From NCBI GenBank assembly GCA_040767085.1, contig JAXGPF010000006.1:307947-371946 (forward strand): 64,000 nt of DNA, given 5' to 3'. This DNA is from Kiritimatiellia bacterium. GTDB taxonomy: Bacteria; Verrucomicrobiota; Kiritimatiellia; JAAZAB01. A program made the position numbers and the translations under genes. The notes beneath the pieces were generated by a model that saw only the letters and a list, made by a program, of their open reading frames with translations, searched no databases and was not told the DNA's origin. Position 1 is the stretch's first letter. Each line of letters opens with the position of its first letter. Below, piece by piece: positions 17,410 to 26,724 of this stretch.

Positions 17410-18771
17410 ATGAGCTATAAAGCGAACACCCCTTCCTTCGGCGCTTTAGGAGACGGCAAAACAATCGCCACCAAGGCGATCCAACAGTCCATTGATGAAT
17501 GCCACGCCGCGGGCGGCGGCGAGGTGCTCGTCCCGGCGGGAACGTATGTTGTCGGCACGCTGGAATTGAAAAGCCATGTGACCCTGCGCCTGCTGGCCGG
17601 CGCGCGCCTGCTGGGCAGTCCCGACCGGAACGATTATACAATTGTCAGCCGCCCCTTCCCGGATGAGCAATTGGTGTCGCAGTCAAGCGTGCCTTTTGCG
17701 CGGACGCATTTGATCTATGCTAAAAACGCCCGGCATGTCTCGATCGTTGGCGAGGGCATCATTGACGGCAATGGCCCGGCCTTTTTTGGGCCGATCCAGG
17801 AGGAGCATCCCTTGAAACGCTTCCGCGTCCGCGGCTGGCGCCCCGGTGAAATGGTTGCGTTTTATGATTGCGAACACATATTAATTCAAGGCATTCATCT
17901 GTGCCATTCGCCGATGTATAACATCATGGCGTATTGCTGCACGGGCGTCCGTATCGTGGATGTTAACATCTCCAATCATCCTTCCACGCCCAACGGCGAC
18001 GGCATTGACCCGATTTGCTGCCATGATGTCCATATCCACGGGTGCACCATTGATACGGCGGATGACAGCATTGCCATTTACAGCGGTTTTGCGATGGCGG
18101 CCAATGATGTCCGGTCATGCGAGAATGTCGTCATCTCCGATTGTATCCTGCGGTCGCGTTGCAACGCCATCCGGATCGGCTATGCCGGGGACATGCCGAT
18201 CCAAAATATTGTGGCTCACGATGTCATAGTTGAAGCCCGGGCGGGGGTCGCGATTCAGTCGGTGTGTCCGTTTAACGTAAAGCAGGGCACCCCGATTGAG
18301 CATATTATATTGTCCAATATGATCATGCATGTCGCCAGGCCGTTGCTCGTCATCATCGATCCGCGTTCGATAAAACCGGCCGGCATCCGCCACCTGGCGA
18401 TGGATAACTTGCGCATTTATGCCCGGATGGGCATCGGGATGATTGGCAGCCCCGCGATCCCGATTGAAGACGTCACCCTGAATCATCTCAAACTCCATCT
18501 TGCGGGAACGATGCGCGCGGATGGGGTTGGATCGCCCATTCCCGAAAAGGTCAATTTTATGGGCAACGATGCCGACAAGATACCCCACGCCATTTATTGC
18601 CGGCATGTCCGGAATGCCGCCATGACGGACGTACGCGTGGAATGGGGCGCCTGTTCGGGGCCTTGGCAAAGCGCCTTGCATACGGAACAATGCGCCGACA
18701 TGGCCATTCAGAACTGCATTCTCCCCGCGGCGCCGGCGTTGCCGGCGCCCTGTGCGGCTGGCTCTGAATAG
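17410..18771 (+). CDS. Glycoside hydrolase family 28 (polygalacturonase-like)
   Basis: FGALGDG..TKAIQQSID, GGGEVLVPAGTY, G.GIIDGNG, PNGDGIDP, DDSIAI, NAIRIG; no signal peptide. Confidence 0.88.
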   Translation: MSYKANTPSFGALGDGKTIATKAIQQSIDECHAAGGGEVLVPAGTYVVGTLELKSHVTLRLLAGARLLGSPDRNDYTIVSRPFPDEQLVSQSSVPFARTHLIYAKNARHVSIVGEGIIDGNGPAFFGPIQEEHPLKRFRVRGWRPGEMVAFYDCEHILIQGIHLCHSPMYNIMAYCCTGVRIVDVNISNHPSTPNGDGIDPICCHDVHIHGCTIDTADDSIAIYSGFAMAANDVRSCENVVISDCILRSRCNAIRIGYAGDMPIQNIVAHDVIVEARAGVAIQSVCPFNVKQGTPIEHIILSNMIMHVARPLLVIIDPRSIKPAGIRHLAMDNLRIYARMGIGMIGSPAIPIEDVTLNHLKLHLAGTMRADGVGSPIPEKVNFMGNDADKIPHAIYCRHVRNAAMTDVRVEWGACSGPWQSALHTEQCADMAIQNCILPAAPALPAPCAAGSE

Positions 18772-18852
18772 TAAAGCACAGGATTTTAAAGATTCCTGAA
18801 GTTTGGTTTGCCCCGCGCAAATTTGGCTCAGGGCAAGCCGGATGGAGTGTGT

Positions 18853-19977
18853 ATGACCTCCCGTGAACGGCTATTGGCGGTATTGCGCGGCGAAATCCCC
18901 GACTGCGTGCCGTGCTGCCCGGATATTTCCAACATGGTTCCGTGCCGGCTGACCGGCAAGCCTTTCTGGGATATTTACACTCGCCAGGATCCGCCGCTTT
19001 GGAAGGCTCATTTGGATGCCATCAAGTATTTTGATATAGACGGCGGGTTTGAATTATATTCTTTCGGCGATTTGTTCGACGATCAACCCCGGCTTGAATG
19101 GCGCGTGGTGCATCGCTATTCCGACGGCCGTTTCGTGACCCGGTATTTCAATCCGGCTACCGGGAAATGGCATAACCGGGTGGAAGTGCATACCAGCGAC
19201 AATCCTCCCGCGCGCCACGTGGATCCGGCCAAAATCGGGCTGCCAGCCGCGCCAGCCACCTGGGAACCGCTTACCGGCGTCAAACCATGGCCCACCGGTA
19301 TGCAACTTTGGCGTTTGATCCGTGAGGAAATGGGCGGGCACGGTGTGCTTGGCATGGATAGCGGCGGCCATACCCTGGTGCTGGAATCCCCGGAAGATAT
19401 TTACGCTTATTATGATAATCCGGCGCCGTTTTACGAAAAGCGCGACCAAACCATTGACACGGTCCGGCGCCGCATGGCCATTATTAAAAACCTGGACATC
19501 AAGCCGGACTTCGTCTTCTGCGGCGGATCGGGCTCCCTGATCTTCCAGAGTCCCGCCATCTTCCGCGAACTGGCCCTGCCGATCCTCAAGACCGTCACCG
19601 ATTTGGCGCATGCGATGGGCATTCCCACCCACGTCCATTCCTGCGGGCCCGAGGCGGCGCTGGTCAAAATGGCGGCGGAGGAAACCAGGCTGACCGTGAT
19701 TGATCCGCTGGAGCCTCCGCCGATGGGCGACTGCAACCTGGCCGAACTCAAACGCCTTTACGGCAACCGCATCGTCCTTAAAGGCAATCTCCACACAACG
19801 GAAATCATGCTGCGCGGCAAGCCCGCGGATGTGATTGCCGCCTCGCGCCAGGCCATTGACGCGGCCGGGGCGGGCGGCCATTTCATCCTCTCCACCGGCG
19901 ACCAATGCGGCCGCGACACGCCGGACGAAAATATCCGCGCCATGGTGGAAACCGCCCGGAGTTACGGAAAATACTGA
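18853..19977 (+). CDS. Uroporphyrinogen decarboxylase / MtaA-CmuA methyltransferase family protein
   Basis: MTSRERLLAVLRGEIPD.VP start, SP.IFRE, HSCG, LKGNL, FILSTGDQCG..TP.ENI.AM. Confidence 0.85.
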   Translation: MTSRERLLAVLRGEIPDCVPCCPDISNMVPCRLTGKPFWDIYTRQDPPLWKAHLDAIKYFDIDGGFELYSFGDLFDDQPRLEWRVVHRYSDGRFVTRYFNPATGKWHNRVEVHTSDNPPARHVDPAKIGLPAAPATWEPLTGVKPWPTGMQLWRLIREEMGGHGVLGMDSGGHTLVLESPEDIYAYYDNPAPFYEKRDQTIDTVRRRMAIIKNLDIKPDFVFCGGSGSLIFQSPAIFRELALPILKTVTDLAHAMGIPTHVHSCGPEAALVKMAAEETRLTVIDPLEPPPMGDCNLAELKRLYGNRIVLKGNLHTTEIMLRGKPADVIAASRQAIDAAGAGGHFILSTGDQCGRDTPDENIRAMVETARSYGKY

Positions 19978-20065
19978 ACCATCATCATGATTTTCCAACG
20001 CCATTTTTCAGGCCGTGAACCTTGCCGTTCCGGTATTCAATCTTTGATCTGATTTTTCCCGCACC

Positions 20066-22720
20066 ATGAACTCCATCGCAATATCCCGCACCGGCGCCTG
20101 GAAAATACTCGGTCTCGATCCGGACGGCACGCCGGCGGAAAACATCATCCTGCCCGACCCCCGCCGGCCGGATTGGCGGCCGGCACAAGTCCCCGGCGAC
20201 ATCAATGCCGACTTGCTGCGGCATGGCCGGATTCCCGACCCCCGCCTGGACGACCGCGCCCGGCAATGTTACTGGGTCACCGCGAAAGACTGGTGGTATT
20301 GCGCCGCGTTTGACGCGCCGGCGCCCGGCGCGCCGGATGCCGCTCTGGTTTTCGAAGCGCTGGACGGCACGGCCGATGTGTTTTTAAATGGAAAATTCCT
20401 GGGCACCGCCGACAACGCCTTTCATCCCTGGCGCTTCCCGGCGGCGGGCCTCTTAAAACCCTGCCGGAATCAACTGTGCCTCCGGTTCCGTTCCATTGAT
20501 CGTTATTTCGGCGGGCCGCGCGCCGATGACCTGGCCGGATGGCCCGGCAAGCGCGCCTTCCTGCGCAAGCCGCAATTCTGTTTCGGCTGGGATTGGGCGT
20601 TGCCATTGCCTTCGATGGGCATCGCCGGGGCAGTCCGGCTGGAATTCAACAATGCCTTGTATTTTGCCGACTTCAGCCTCCAGCCCTTTGTTTCCGGCCG
20701 CGTTGACTTCGGTTTTGAGGTCTCGCCCGCCGCCCGCCGGCAGGGCTATGAGATCGCAATTTCCGTGTCCGGCCATGGGGCCGATGTGCAACGCCGGCTG
20801 GACCGGCGTTCAGGCATCAGTTTTTCCGGCCATGGCGCGGACGGCGCGGAAAGCCCGGCCGCGCCGTTCAAATCCTATTGTTCATTGATCATTCCTGATC
20901 CGCAACTCTGGCAGCCTAATGGATTCGGCCGCCAGCCGCTTTATGATTACACCGTCCGCCTGCTGGTTGACGGCCGGGAAGTTGACGCGCGGCATGGCCG
21001 CCTGGGCTTGCGCGAAACCGCCATCATCGAGGAGCCGTTTACCCCTCCCTTTGACGGCGGCATGTCGTTCCATATCGCCGTTAACAGCGAAAAAATATTC
21101 TGCAAGGGGTCCAACTGGGTGCCGCTGGAATTATGGCCCGCAACGGCCGCGGAAGAGCAGTACCGGTTCTACCTGAACATGGCGCGCGCCGCCGGGTTCA
21201 ACATGCTGCGAGTCTGGGGCGGCGGCATTTACGAGCGTGATATTTTTTACGATCTCTGCGATGAATACGGCATCATGATCTGGCAGGATTTCATGTTCGC
21301 CTCCTGCGGCTACCCGCTGCGCCTGCTGCGCGATAAAATTATCCGGGAAGCGGAATATCAAATCAAACGCCTGCGCTCTCATCCGTGCCTCGCGCTCTGG
21401 TGCGGCTGCAATGAGGATATTTATTCCTGGCAGCATCCCCATGATCAGGCCGCGCCGGATGCCGTCAACCAGCAGGACACGGGCGGTTATGCGGCAAAAG
21501 CCCAGGCCGCCGAAAAATGGGAAATCAACCGGCTTCGTGACGATCCGGAGCTTTACGGCATCCTGCTGCGCGGGCTGGTCGGCCGCCTGGGATTGAATAT
21601 TCCCTACGTGGAGTCCAGCCCGGCTTCGCGCGACGACTGCGGCAATGTCCCCTTGTCCGGCAACTGCCATATCTCGGCCTGGAAATACGCCCTGTTCCAA
21701 GCCAACGGCCAGCCGGAAAATTTTCGCCGGCATTTCGAGCAAATCTGCTCGTTCAACTCCGAATTCTGCGACCAGGGACCCTGTTCCGCCGCGGCGTTCC
21801 GGCGCTTTTTTTCCGGGCAAAATCTCTGGCCGCCGAATGACGTCTGGACTTACCATATCCAGCGCGGACACAAGCAACTCCCGCATCATGAACAGACCCT
21901 GTTCATCGCCGGCGGAATTTTCGGCCCGATCAAATCGCTGGAGGACTACGTCAAATTCGGCCAGGCGGCCCACCTGGAGATGACCCGCTGCGAATTCGAG
22001 GCCGCGCGGCGCGACCGGCCAAACTGCGGCGGAACCATGTCCTGGATGTTCAATGACTGCTGGCCGACGTCCAATTGGTCCATTATTGATTACTACCGCG
22101 CGCCCAAACCGGCGTACTATGCGTCAAAACGCGCCTGCGCTCCGATTTTGCCGGTCGTTTTCCCGCGCGCCGGATTTTTCGAATTCTTTGTGGATAATCA
22201 AACGCCGGACGCCGCTGACGTCCGGGTGATTTACGGCATGGAAACCCTGGCCGGCCGGCGCTTGCTGGAAAAGTCGCAACTCCTTACCCTGCCGGCCAAC
22301 CGGAACCTGGTGTTTGACCGCCTGCCGGAGGCGGGACTGGGCGCCCCGCTTGACGCCTATTTGTTCATTGACGCCGAAGTCAACGGGACGCCCCTGCCGC
22401 GCCAGTGCTGGTTCCCGCATGGCTGGCGGGAGGTCCCCTGGCCTGATCCGACGATCTCGGCAACATGCGCGTCCGTCCGGCGTCATCCGGATGATGCATG
22501 GTCGGCGGAAATATCCCTGGCGGCCGACGCCTTTGTCCGGCTCTGCCATGTTGCGCTGGCGGCCGGCCCGGCCGCCGGCCGGGCCGCGCCGGCGGCGGAG
22601 TATTCGGATAATTATTTCGATTTGCCGCCCGGCCATGCTCATGTCATTACAATCACGTCCCCGCGTGAAATCAGGCAGGCAGACCTTCGCGTCGGGCATT
22701 GGCAAGGGGCGTGGCTGTGA
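20066..22720 (+). CDS. Glycoside hydrolase family 2, beta-mannosidase-like
   Basis: RKPQFCFGWDW, FCKGSNWVP, NMLRVWGGG, WQDFMFA, WCGCNE, SEF, WMFNDCWP..WSIIDY. Confidence 0.92.
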   Translation: MNSIAISRTGAWKILGLDPDGTPAENIILPDPRRPDWRPAQVPGDINADLLRHGRIPDPRLDDRARQCYWVTAKDWWYCAAFDAPAPGAPDAALVFEALDGTADVFLNGKFLGTADNAFHPWRFPAAGLLKPCRNQLCLRFRSIDRYFGGPRADDLAGWPGKRAFLRKPQFCFGWDWALPLPSMGIAGAVRLEFNNALYFADFSLQPFVSGRVDFGFEVSPAARRQGYEIAISVSGHGADVQRRLDRRSGISFSGHGADGAESPAAPFKSYCSLIIPDPQLWQPNGFGRQPLYDYTVRLLVDGREVDARHGRLGLRETAIIEEPFTPPFDGGMSFHIAVNSEKIFCKGSNWVPLELWPATAAEEQYRFYLNMARAAGFNMLRVWGGGIYERDIFYDLCDEYGIMIWQDFMFASCGYPLRLLRDKIIREAEYQIKRLRSHPCLALWCGCNEDIYSWQHPHDQAAPDAVNQQDTGGYAAKAQAAEKWEINRLRDDPELYGILLRGLVGRLGLNIPYVESSPASRDDCGNVPLSGNCHISAWKYALFQANGQPENFRRHFEQICSFNSEFCDQGPCSAAAFRRFFSGQNLWPPNDVWTYHIQRGHKQLPHHEQTLFIAGGIFGPIKSLEDYVKFGQAAHLEMTRCEFEAARRDRPNCGGTMSWMFNDCWPTSNWSIIDYYRAPKPAYYASKRACAPILPVVFPRAGFFEFFVDNQTPDAADVRVIYGMETLAGRRLLEKSQLLTLPANRNLVFDRLPEAGLGAPLDAYLFIDAEVNGTPLPRQCWFPHGWREVPWPDPTISATCASVRRHPDDAWSAEISLAADAFVRLCHVALAAGPAAGRAAPAAEYSDNYFDLPPGHAHVITITSPREIRQADLRVGHWQGAWL

Positions 22721-22738
22721 GCCGGACGCCGGGCCGGA

Positions 22739-22766
22739 TTGACAAATCGCCGGTGGAAGGTAATAT
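22739..22766 (+). promoter_or_regulatory. Putative sigma70-type promoter
   Basis: TTGACA (22739-44), 16-nt spacer, TAATAT (22761-66), about 20 nt upstream of ATG 22787. Confidence 0.45.
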
Positions 22767-22786
22767 GCCTCCCGGAGCAACGGATT

Positions 22787-24286
22787 ATGTCGCATTTTAA
22801 CTGTACTACCAGCACGCATGGCCGGCGGCACTTGGAGCTTGAAATTACGTATCCCCTGGACCGCTCCGCCCGGGGCCGCGAAACCTACCGGCTGGATGCG
22901 TGGTTCTTCATCCCCCCGCCCCTCCAGCACTGGTACGAATTCAATCCGCGCGAACAGTTTTTCCGCGACTTGACCGCCTATACCCGCTTCCAACCATTTC
23001 CGCTTTCCCTGGGCGCCCTGGCCAATATGCTGGACGAGCGCAATCCCATGTGCCGCATCCGCAGCCTGGCGGTGTTTGCCGCGCTGGATACCGAGCCGAC
23101 GCAGAAAAAAATCATCTATGAAATGCGCATGTTGATCAATGTTTTCCAAAGCCAGTTCCGCGGCCAGTGCGCCTTGATCGATGAAATGGCCGATGGCAAA
23201 AATTACCCCGCCGCCAAGGTGGCCGTGGTTGTCCGGCGCCTGCTGAACGAAATCTCACTGATCTTGAAACATTTCGCCGAGTTGGAACCGCTCATTCTCG
23301 CCCCGCACGTTCCGCCGATTGTCCGCAACCATTACCGCTGGGCGGACGAATCCTTCAGCATCCGGGCGGAAAAAAACTTTTACCGGCTTTACCGCTCCCT
23401 GTCCAAGGCCGGCATATTGCCGGAGCTGGCGGCGCTGTGCCGCGCCGAAATCGCCGCGCAAATCGCCCACCGCCGCGGCCGCCAGTACGAAACCGTGGTG
23501 GACCCGCGCAACGACCGCACGAACGAGCTGTTCAGCTTCCGCGAGCATCAGTTGAAAAAATGGGCCGAAAGCGTCATGTACATGACCGTCGCCCGCAGCC
23601 GCCTGCCGCAGCATGTGCTGCATCTTTCCTTCGGCATCGCCGCTGCCGTGGCCATGGCCGTCGCCGTCGCCGCCGCGGTGGTCGCCGAAACGTATTTTAA
23701 TGTGCACAGCTATCCCTGGGCCATCCTGGCCGTTGCCGCCTACGTGTTCAAGGACCGGATCAAGGATGTCCTGCGCAACTGGGCGCAACACCTCCTGCCC
23801 CGCTTCATCGCCGACCGCATGCAGCGCCTGATCAACCCCTACTCCGGCCGCCGCGCCGGTTTGACGCGCGAACGCGTGCGCATGACGCACATGGAAAACC
23901 TGCCGATGGAAGTGCGCCGCCTCCGGCACAACCGCCAGCATCCCTACCGCGGCTTGACCCCGCCGGAGGATGTCCTGCATTACCACAAGGAAGTCAAGTT
24001 CCATTCCGACCGCCTGCGCGCTACCGAAAACCGGTTGACCGCACTTTGCGAAATCCTGCGGCTGGACATGCGCCACTGGTTCTACAAGATGGACAAAGCG
24101 GATGATGACCTGACTTGCGTGGAAGGGGAAAAGGTCCGGTTGATCAAATCCCGCCGGGTATATCACATCAATGTCATCCTGCGCCTGACGCACAACGGCG
24201 GCAGCCGTGAACCCCCGGCGCTCTACCGCTACCGCCTGGTGGCCAACCGCGCCGGCATTGTCCGGATCGAGGAAGCGTCGGGATGA
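22787..24286 (+). CDS. Hypothetical membrane protein (large soluble N-domain, two TM helices)
   Basis: ~500-aa ORF with typical codon usage; hydrophobic pair 'LSFGIAAAVAMAVAVAAAVV' and 'WAILAVAAYVFKDR'; ATGA-coupled to the next gene. Confidence 0.75.
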   Translation: MSHFNCTTSTHGRRHLELEITYPLDRSARGRETYRLDAWFFIPPPLQHWYEFNPREQFFRDLTAYTRFQPFPLSLGALANMLDERNPMCRIRSLAVFAALDTEPTQKKIIYEMRMLINVFQSQFRGQCALIDEMADGKNYPAAKVAVVVRRLLNEISLILKHFAELEPLILAPHVPPIVRNHYRWADESFSIRAEKNFYRLYRSLSKAGILPELAALCRAEIAAQIAHRRGRQYETVVDPRNDRTNELFSFREHQLKKWAESVMYMTVARSRLPQHVLHLSFGIAAAVAMAVAVAAAVVAETYFNVHSYPWAILAVAAYVFKDRIKDVLRNWAQHLLPRFIADRMQRLINPYSGRRAGLTRERVRMTHMENLPMEVRRLRHNRQHPYRGLTPPEDVLHYHKEVKFHSDRLRATENRLTALCEILRLDMRHWFYKMDKADDDLTCVEGEKVRLIKSRRVYHINVILRLTHNGGSREPPALYRYRLVANRAGIVRIEEASG

Positions 24287-25755
24287 AGCAGCGCATCCGC
24301 ATTGCAATTATCGCCGACTTGCACCGCCAGACATACGATCCCGGCGGCGCCGCTCAACGCCAGGGATATTTTGCCGATATCTTCCTGCTGCGGACCGTTC
24401 ATCGCCTTAACCGGTTCATCCGCCCCGATGTCACCCTGGTCCTGGGCGACCTCCTGGATGAACCTAACGCCGGCCGGGCCGCACGCCTGCTGGCCGGACT
24501 GCGGCGGATTCTGGACCTCCTGGAATCACCCTGCATCGTCCTCCCCGGCAATCACGATCCGGCCCCGGATGTTTTTTACCGGACCATGCCCCGTCCGCCG
24601 GAACAGATGGACGTCCAGGGCGTCCGGCTCCTGCCTTTTGCGGATCAGCAAACCGAAGGATACAACGCCCGCCGCAGCGCGCCGGACATCGCGCGCCTGG
24701 CCGCCGCGCGCCGTGATTTCAACGGCCCGATTGTGACAGTCCAGCATGTGCCGCTTTCGCCGCCCGGCCGGTCCGCCTGCCCCTACAACTACGCCAACGC
24801 GCCGGATATTATTTCCGCCATGCGCGCCCAAGGCATCAACTTTGCCATCAGCGGCCATTATCACCGGGGCATGGAACTGGCTGATGCCGGCATGACTTTT
24901 ATTGCCGCGCCGGCCTTGTGCGAGCAGCCTTTCCAATTCCTGGTGGCGGACATGCATGACGGCATGATTGATCTCACCCGGCATGCGCTGGCCAACCCCG
25001 CGGAACTGGGCCTGGCGGATTTCCACGTGCATACGCCCTACGCTTATTGCAATGAAAACATGGATATCTGCCGGTCGTTGAAGCTTGGCAAGCTGTTCGG
25101 ATTGAAACACATGGTCTTCACCGAACATTCCGGCCATTTATACTTCGGTAAAAGCGATTACTGGTCGGGGAATTTTTTGCGCGGCACGGCGCCGCTGCCG
25201 GCCGGTCGGGCGGCGGCTTATTTCGCCGACACCGCGCGCCTGGATTCGGCCTTCGCCGCCGCCGGCATGGAACTGGACTGCGATTTCGCAGGGCGGCCGG
25301 TGATCCGGCCGGAGCATTTCAAGGCGCTGCGCCTGCCGATCGGCGCGGTGCATTTTCTGCCCGGCCTGCCGGCGCCGCAGCCCGATCCGGCGCGGGTGCA
25401 GGATGAATTTCTGGGGATGCTCCGCCGGTTTCTGCGTTCCGGCATCGTCAGCCTGGCGCATCCGCTGCGCATCTTCCAGAAAAACCGGCTGCCGCCGCCG
25501 GCCGCCATCTTCCCGCAACTGGCGCAATTGCTGCGGGCAAACAACGTGGCCGCCGAGCTGAATTTTCATACCAACCATCCCGACCCGGAATTTTTCCGGG
25601 TGTGCCTCGACCGGGGCGTGAAAATCGCGCTGGGCAGCGACGCGCACAACCTGTATGAAATCGGCGAATTCTACCCGCACCTGCGGTTCCTGCGGGATGA
25701 CTGCGGCTATGACGGCGATTTGGCCGATGTGCTGCTGGCCCCCGATGCGAACTGA
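24283..25755 (+). CDS. Calcineurin-like metallophosphoesterase fused to a PHP-family phosphoesterase
   Basis: ADLH, GDLLD, GNHD, QH, GHYH (metallophosphoesterase), then DFHVHT, TEH, GME, AHP, GSDAH (PHP). Confidence 0.85.
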   Translation: MKQRIRIAIIADLHRQTYDPGGAAQRQGYFADIFLLRTVHRLNRFIRPDVTLVLGDLLDEPNAGRAARLLAGLRRILDLLESPCIVLPGNHDPAPDVFYRTMPRPPEQMDVQGVRLLPFADQQTEGYNARRSAPDIARLAAARRDFNGPIVTVQHVPLSPPGRSACPYNYANAPDIISAMRAQGINFAISGHYHRGMELADAGMTFIAAPALCEQPFQFLVADMHDGMIDLTRHALANPAELGLADFHVHTPYAYCNENMDICRSLKLGKLFGLKHMVFTEHSGHLYFGKSDYWSGNFLRGTAPLPAGRAAAYFADTARLDSAFAAAGMELDCDFAGRPVIRPEHFKALRLPIGAVHFLPGLPAPQPDPARVQDEFLGMLRRFLRSGIVSLAHPLRIFQKNRLPPPAAIFPQLAQLLRANNVAAELNFHTNHPDPEFFRVCLDRGVKIALGSDAHNLYEIGEFYPHLRFLRDDCGYDGDLADVLLAPDAN

Positions 25756-25766
25756 TTGTCCGCAGG

Positions 25767-26558
25767 TCAGGACGACAGAAACTCCGTCATCAACTTAACG
25801 CACCTGTCCGGCGCCTCGGCCAGGCTCATGTGCGCCGCGGGCAGAACCGCGAGCTGCGCCCGCGGCAGGCGCTCCGCCAGCGCCCGCGCATCCTCCGGCG
25901 GCGTCAGAAGGTCCTCGGCCCCGGCCATTAACAACGCCGGCGTCCGGATTTGGTCAAGCCACTCCCGGGCGTCAAAGGCAACCATGGCAGCCAGTTGCCG
26001 CTCGAAATCCGCCGCAGTCTGCGCCGCCGGGAGGGCGGCGACAGCATCCATTAACGCTTGCGCCCGGGATTGATCCGCCAGCCAGGCCTCGGAAAACAAC
26101 CAGGGCATGATCACCGGGAAAATCCGGCCGGCGGAAAGTCCGGCACGCCATAAATGCGCATTGGTCCGGAAAACAAATTCGCTGCGCGCCCGCAGCCGGA
26201 CGCAGGGATTGCATAAAATCAACCGCGCCACCCGCGCGGGGTGCCGGCGGGCGGCGGCCAAGGCAATGGCGCAGCCCATGGAATGCCCGGCCAGGCAGGC
26301 CGCCGGCACAGCCAGGGCATCCAGCAGGGCGCAGGTGTCATCCGCCAGGCAGTCAATGTCAAACGGCGCGGACGGCGCGCGCGTCCGCCCGACACCGCGG
26401 TTGTCGAAAACGATCACCCGGAATTTTTCCGCCAAAGGCCCGCGCACGGGCGCCCAGGCGTCATGCGCCGCCCCCAGCCCGGCAATGCAAACCAGCGGCG
26501 CGCCCGTCCCCCGCTCCTCGTAATATATTTCCAGGCCGCCGGCGGCGATCATTGGCAT
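25767..26558 (-). CDS. Alpha/beta hydrolase (3-oxoadipate enol-lactonase-like)
   Basis: FDNRGVG, GHSMG nucleophile elbow, GAED and AAH. Confidence 0.88.
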   Translation of the reverse strand: MPMIAAGGLEIYYEERGTGAPLVCIAGLGAAHDAWAPVRGPLAEKFRVIVFDNRGVGRTRAPSAPFDIDCLADDTCALLDALAVPAACLAGHSMGCAIALAAARRHPARVARLILCNPCVRLRARSEFVFRTNAHLWRAGLSAGRIFPVIMPWLFSEAWLADQSRAQALMDAVAALPAAQTAADFERQLAAMVAFDAREWLDQIRTPALLMAGAEDLLTPPEDARALAERLPRAQLAVLPAAHMSLAEAPDRCVKLMTEFLSS

Positions 26559-26724
26559 GCTGCGCCCCCAATTCAGTAATCGTGTTCGGCAACTGGAATA
26601 TTCTCACACGAAGTCACAAGAACACCAAGAAAAAACTTTCAGACAATGGTGGAACTTGGCGCCAGTTTATGCTACATTGAACTAGCGTCCGGCATAAACA
26701 GCCCGGCGCGCGGAAAGTCTACAT

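Noticed and set aside
18853-19977. Calling this gene hemE
   Set aside because: Lacks the N-terminal RQAGR motif of true uroporphyrinogen decarboxylase and has no heme-pathway neighbours.
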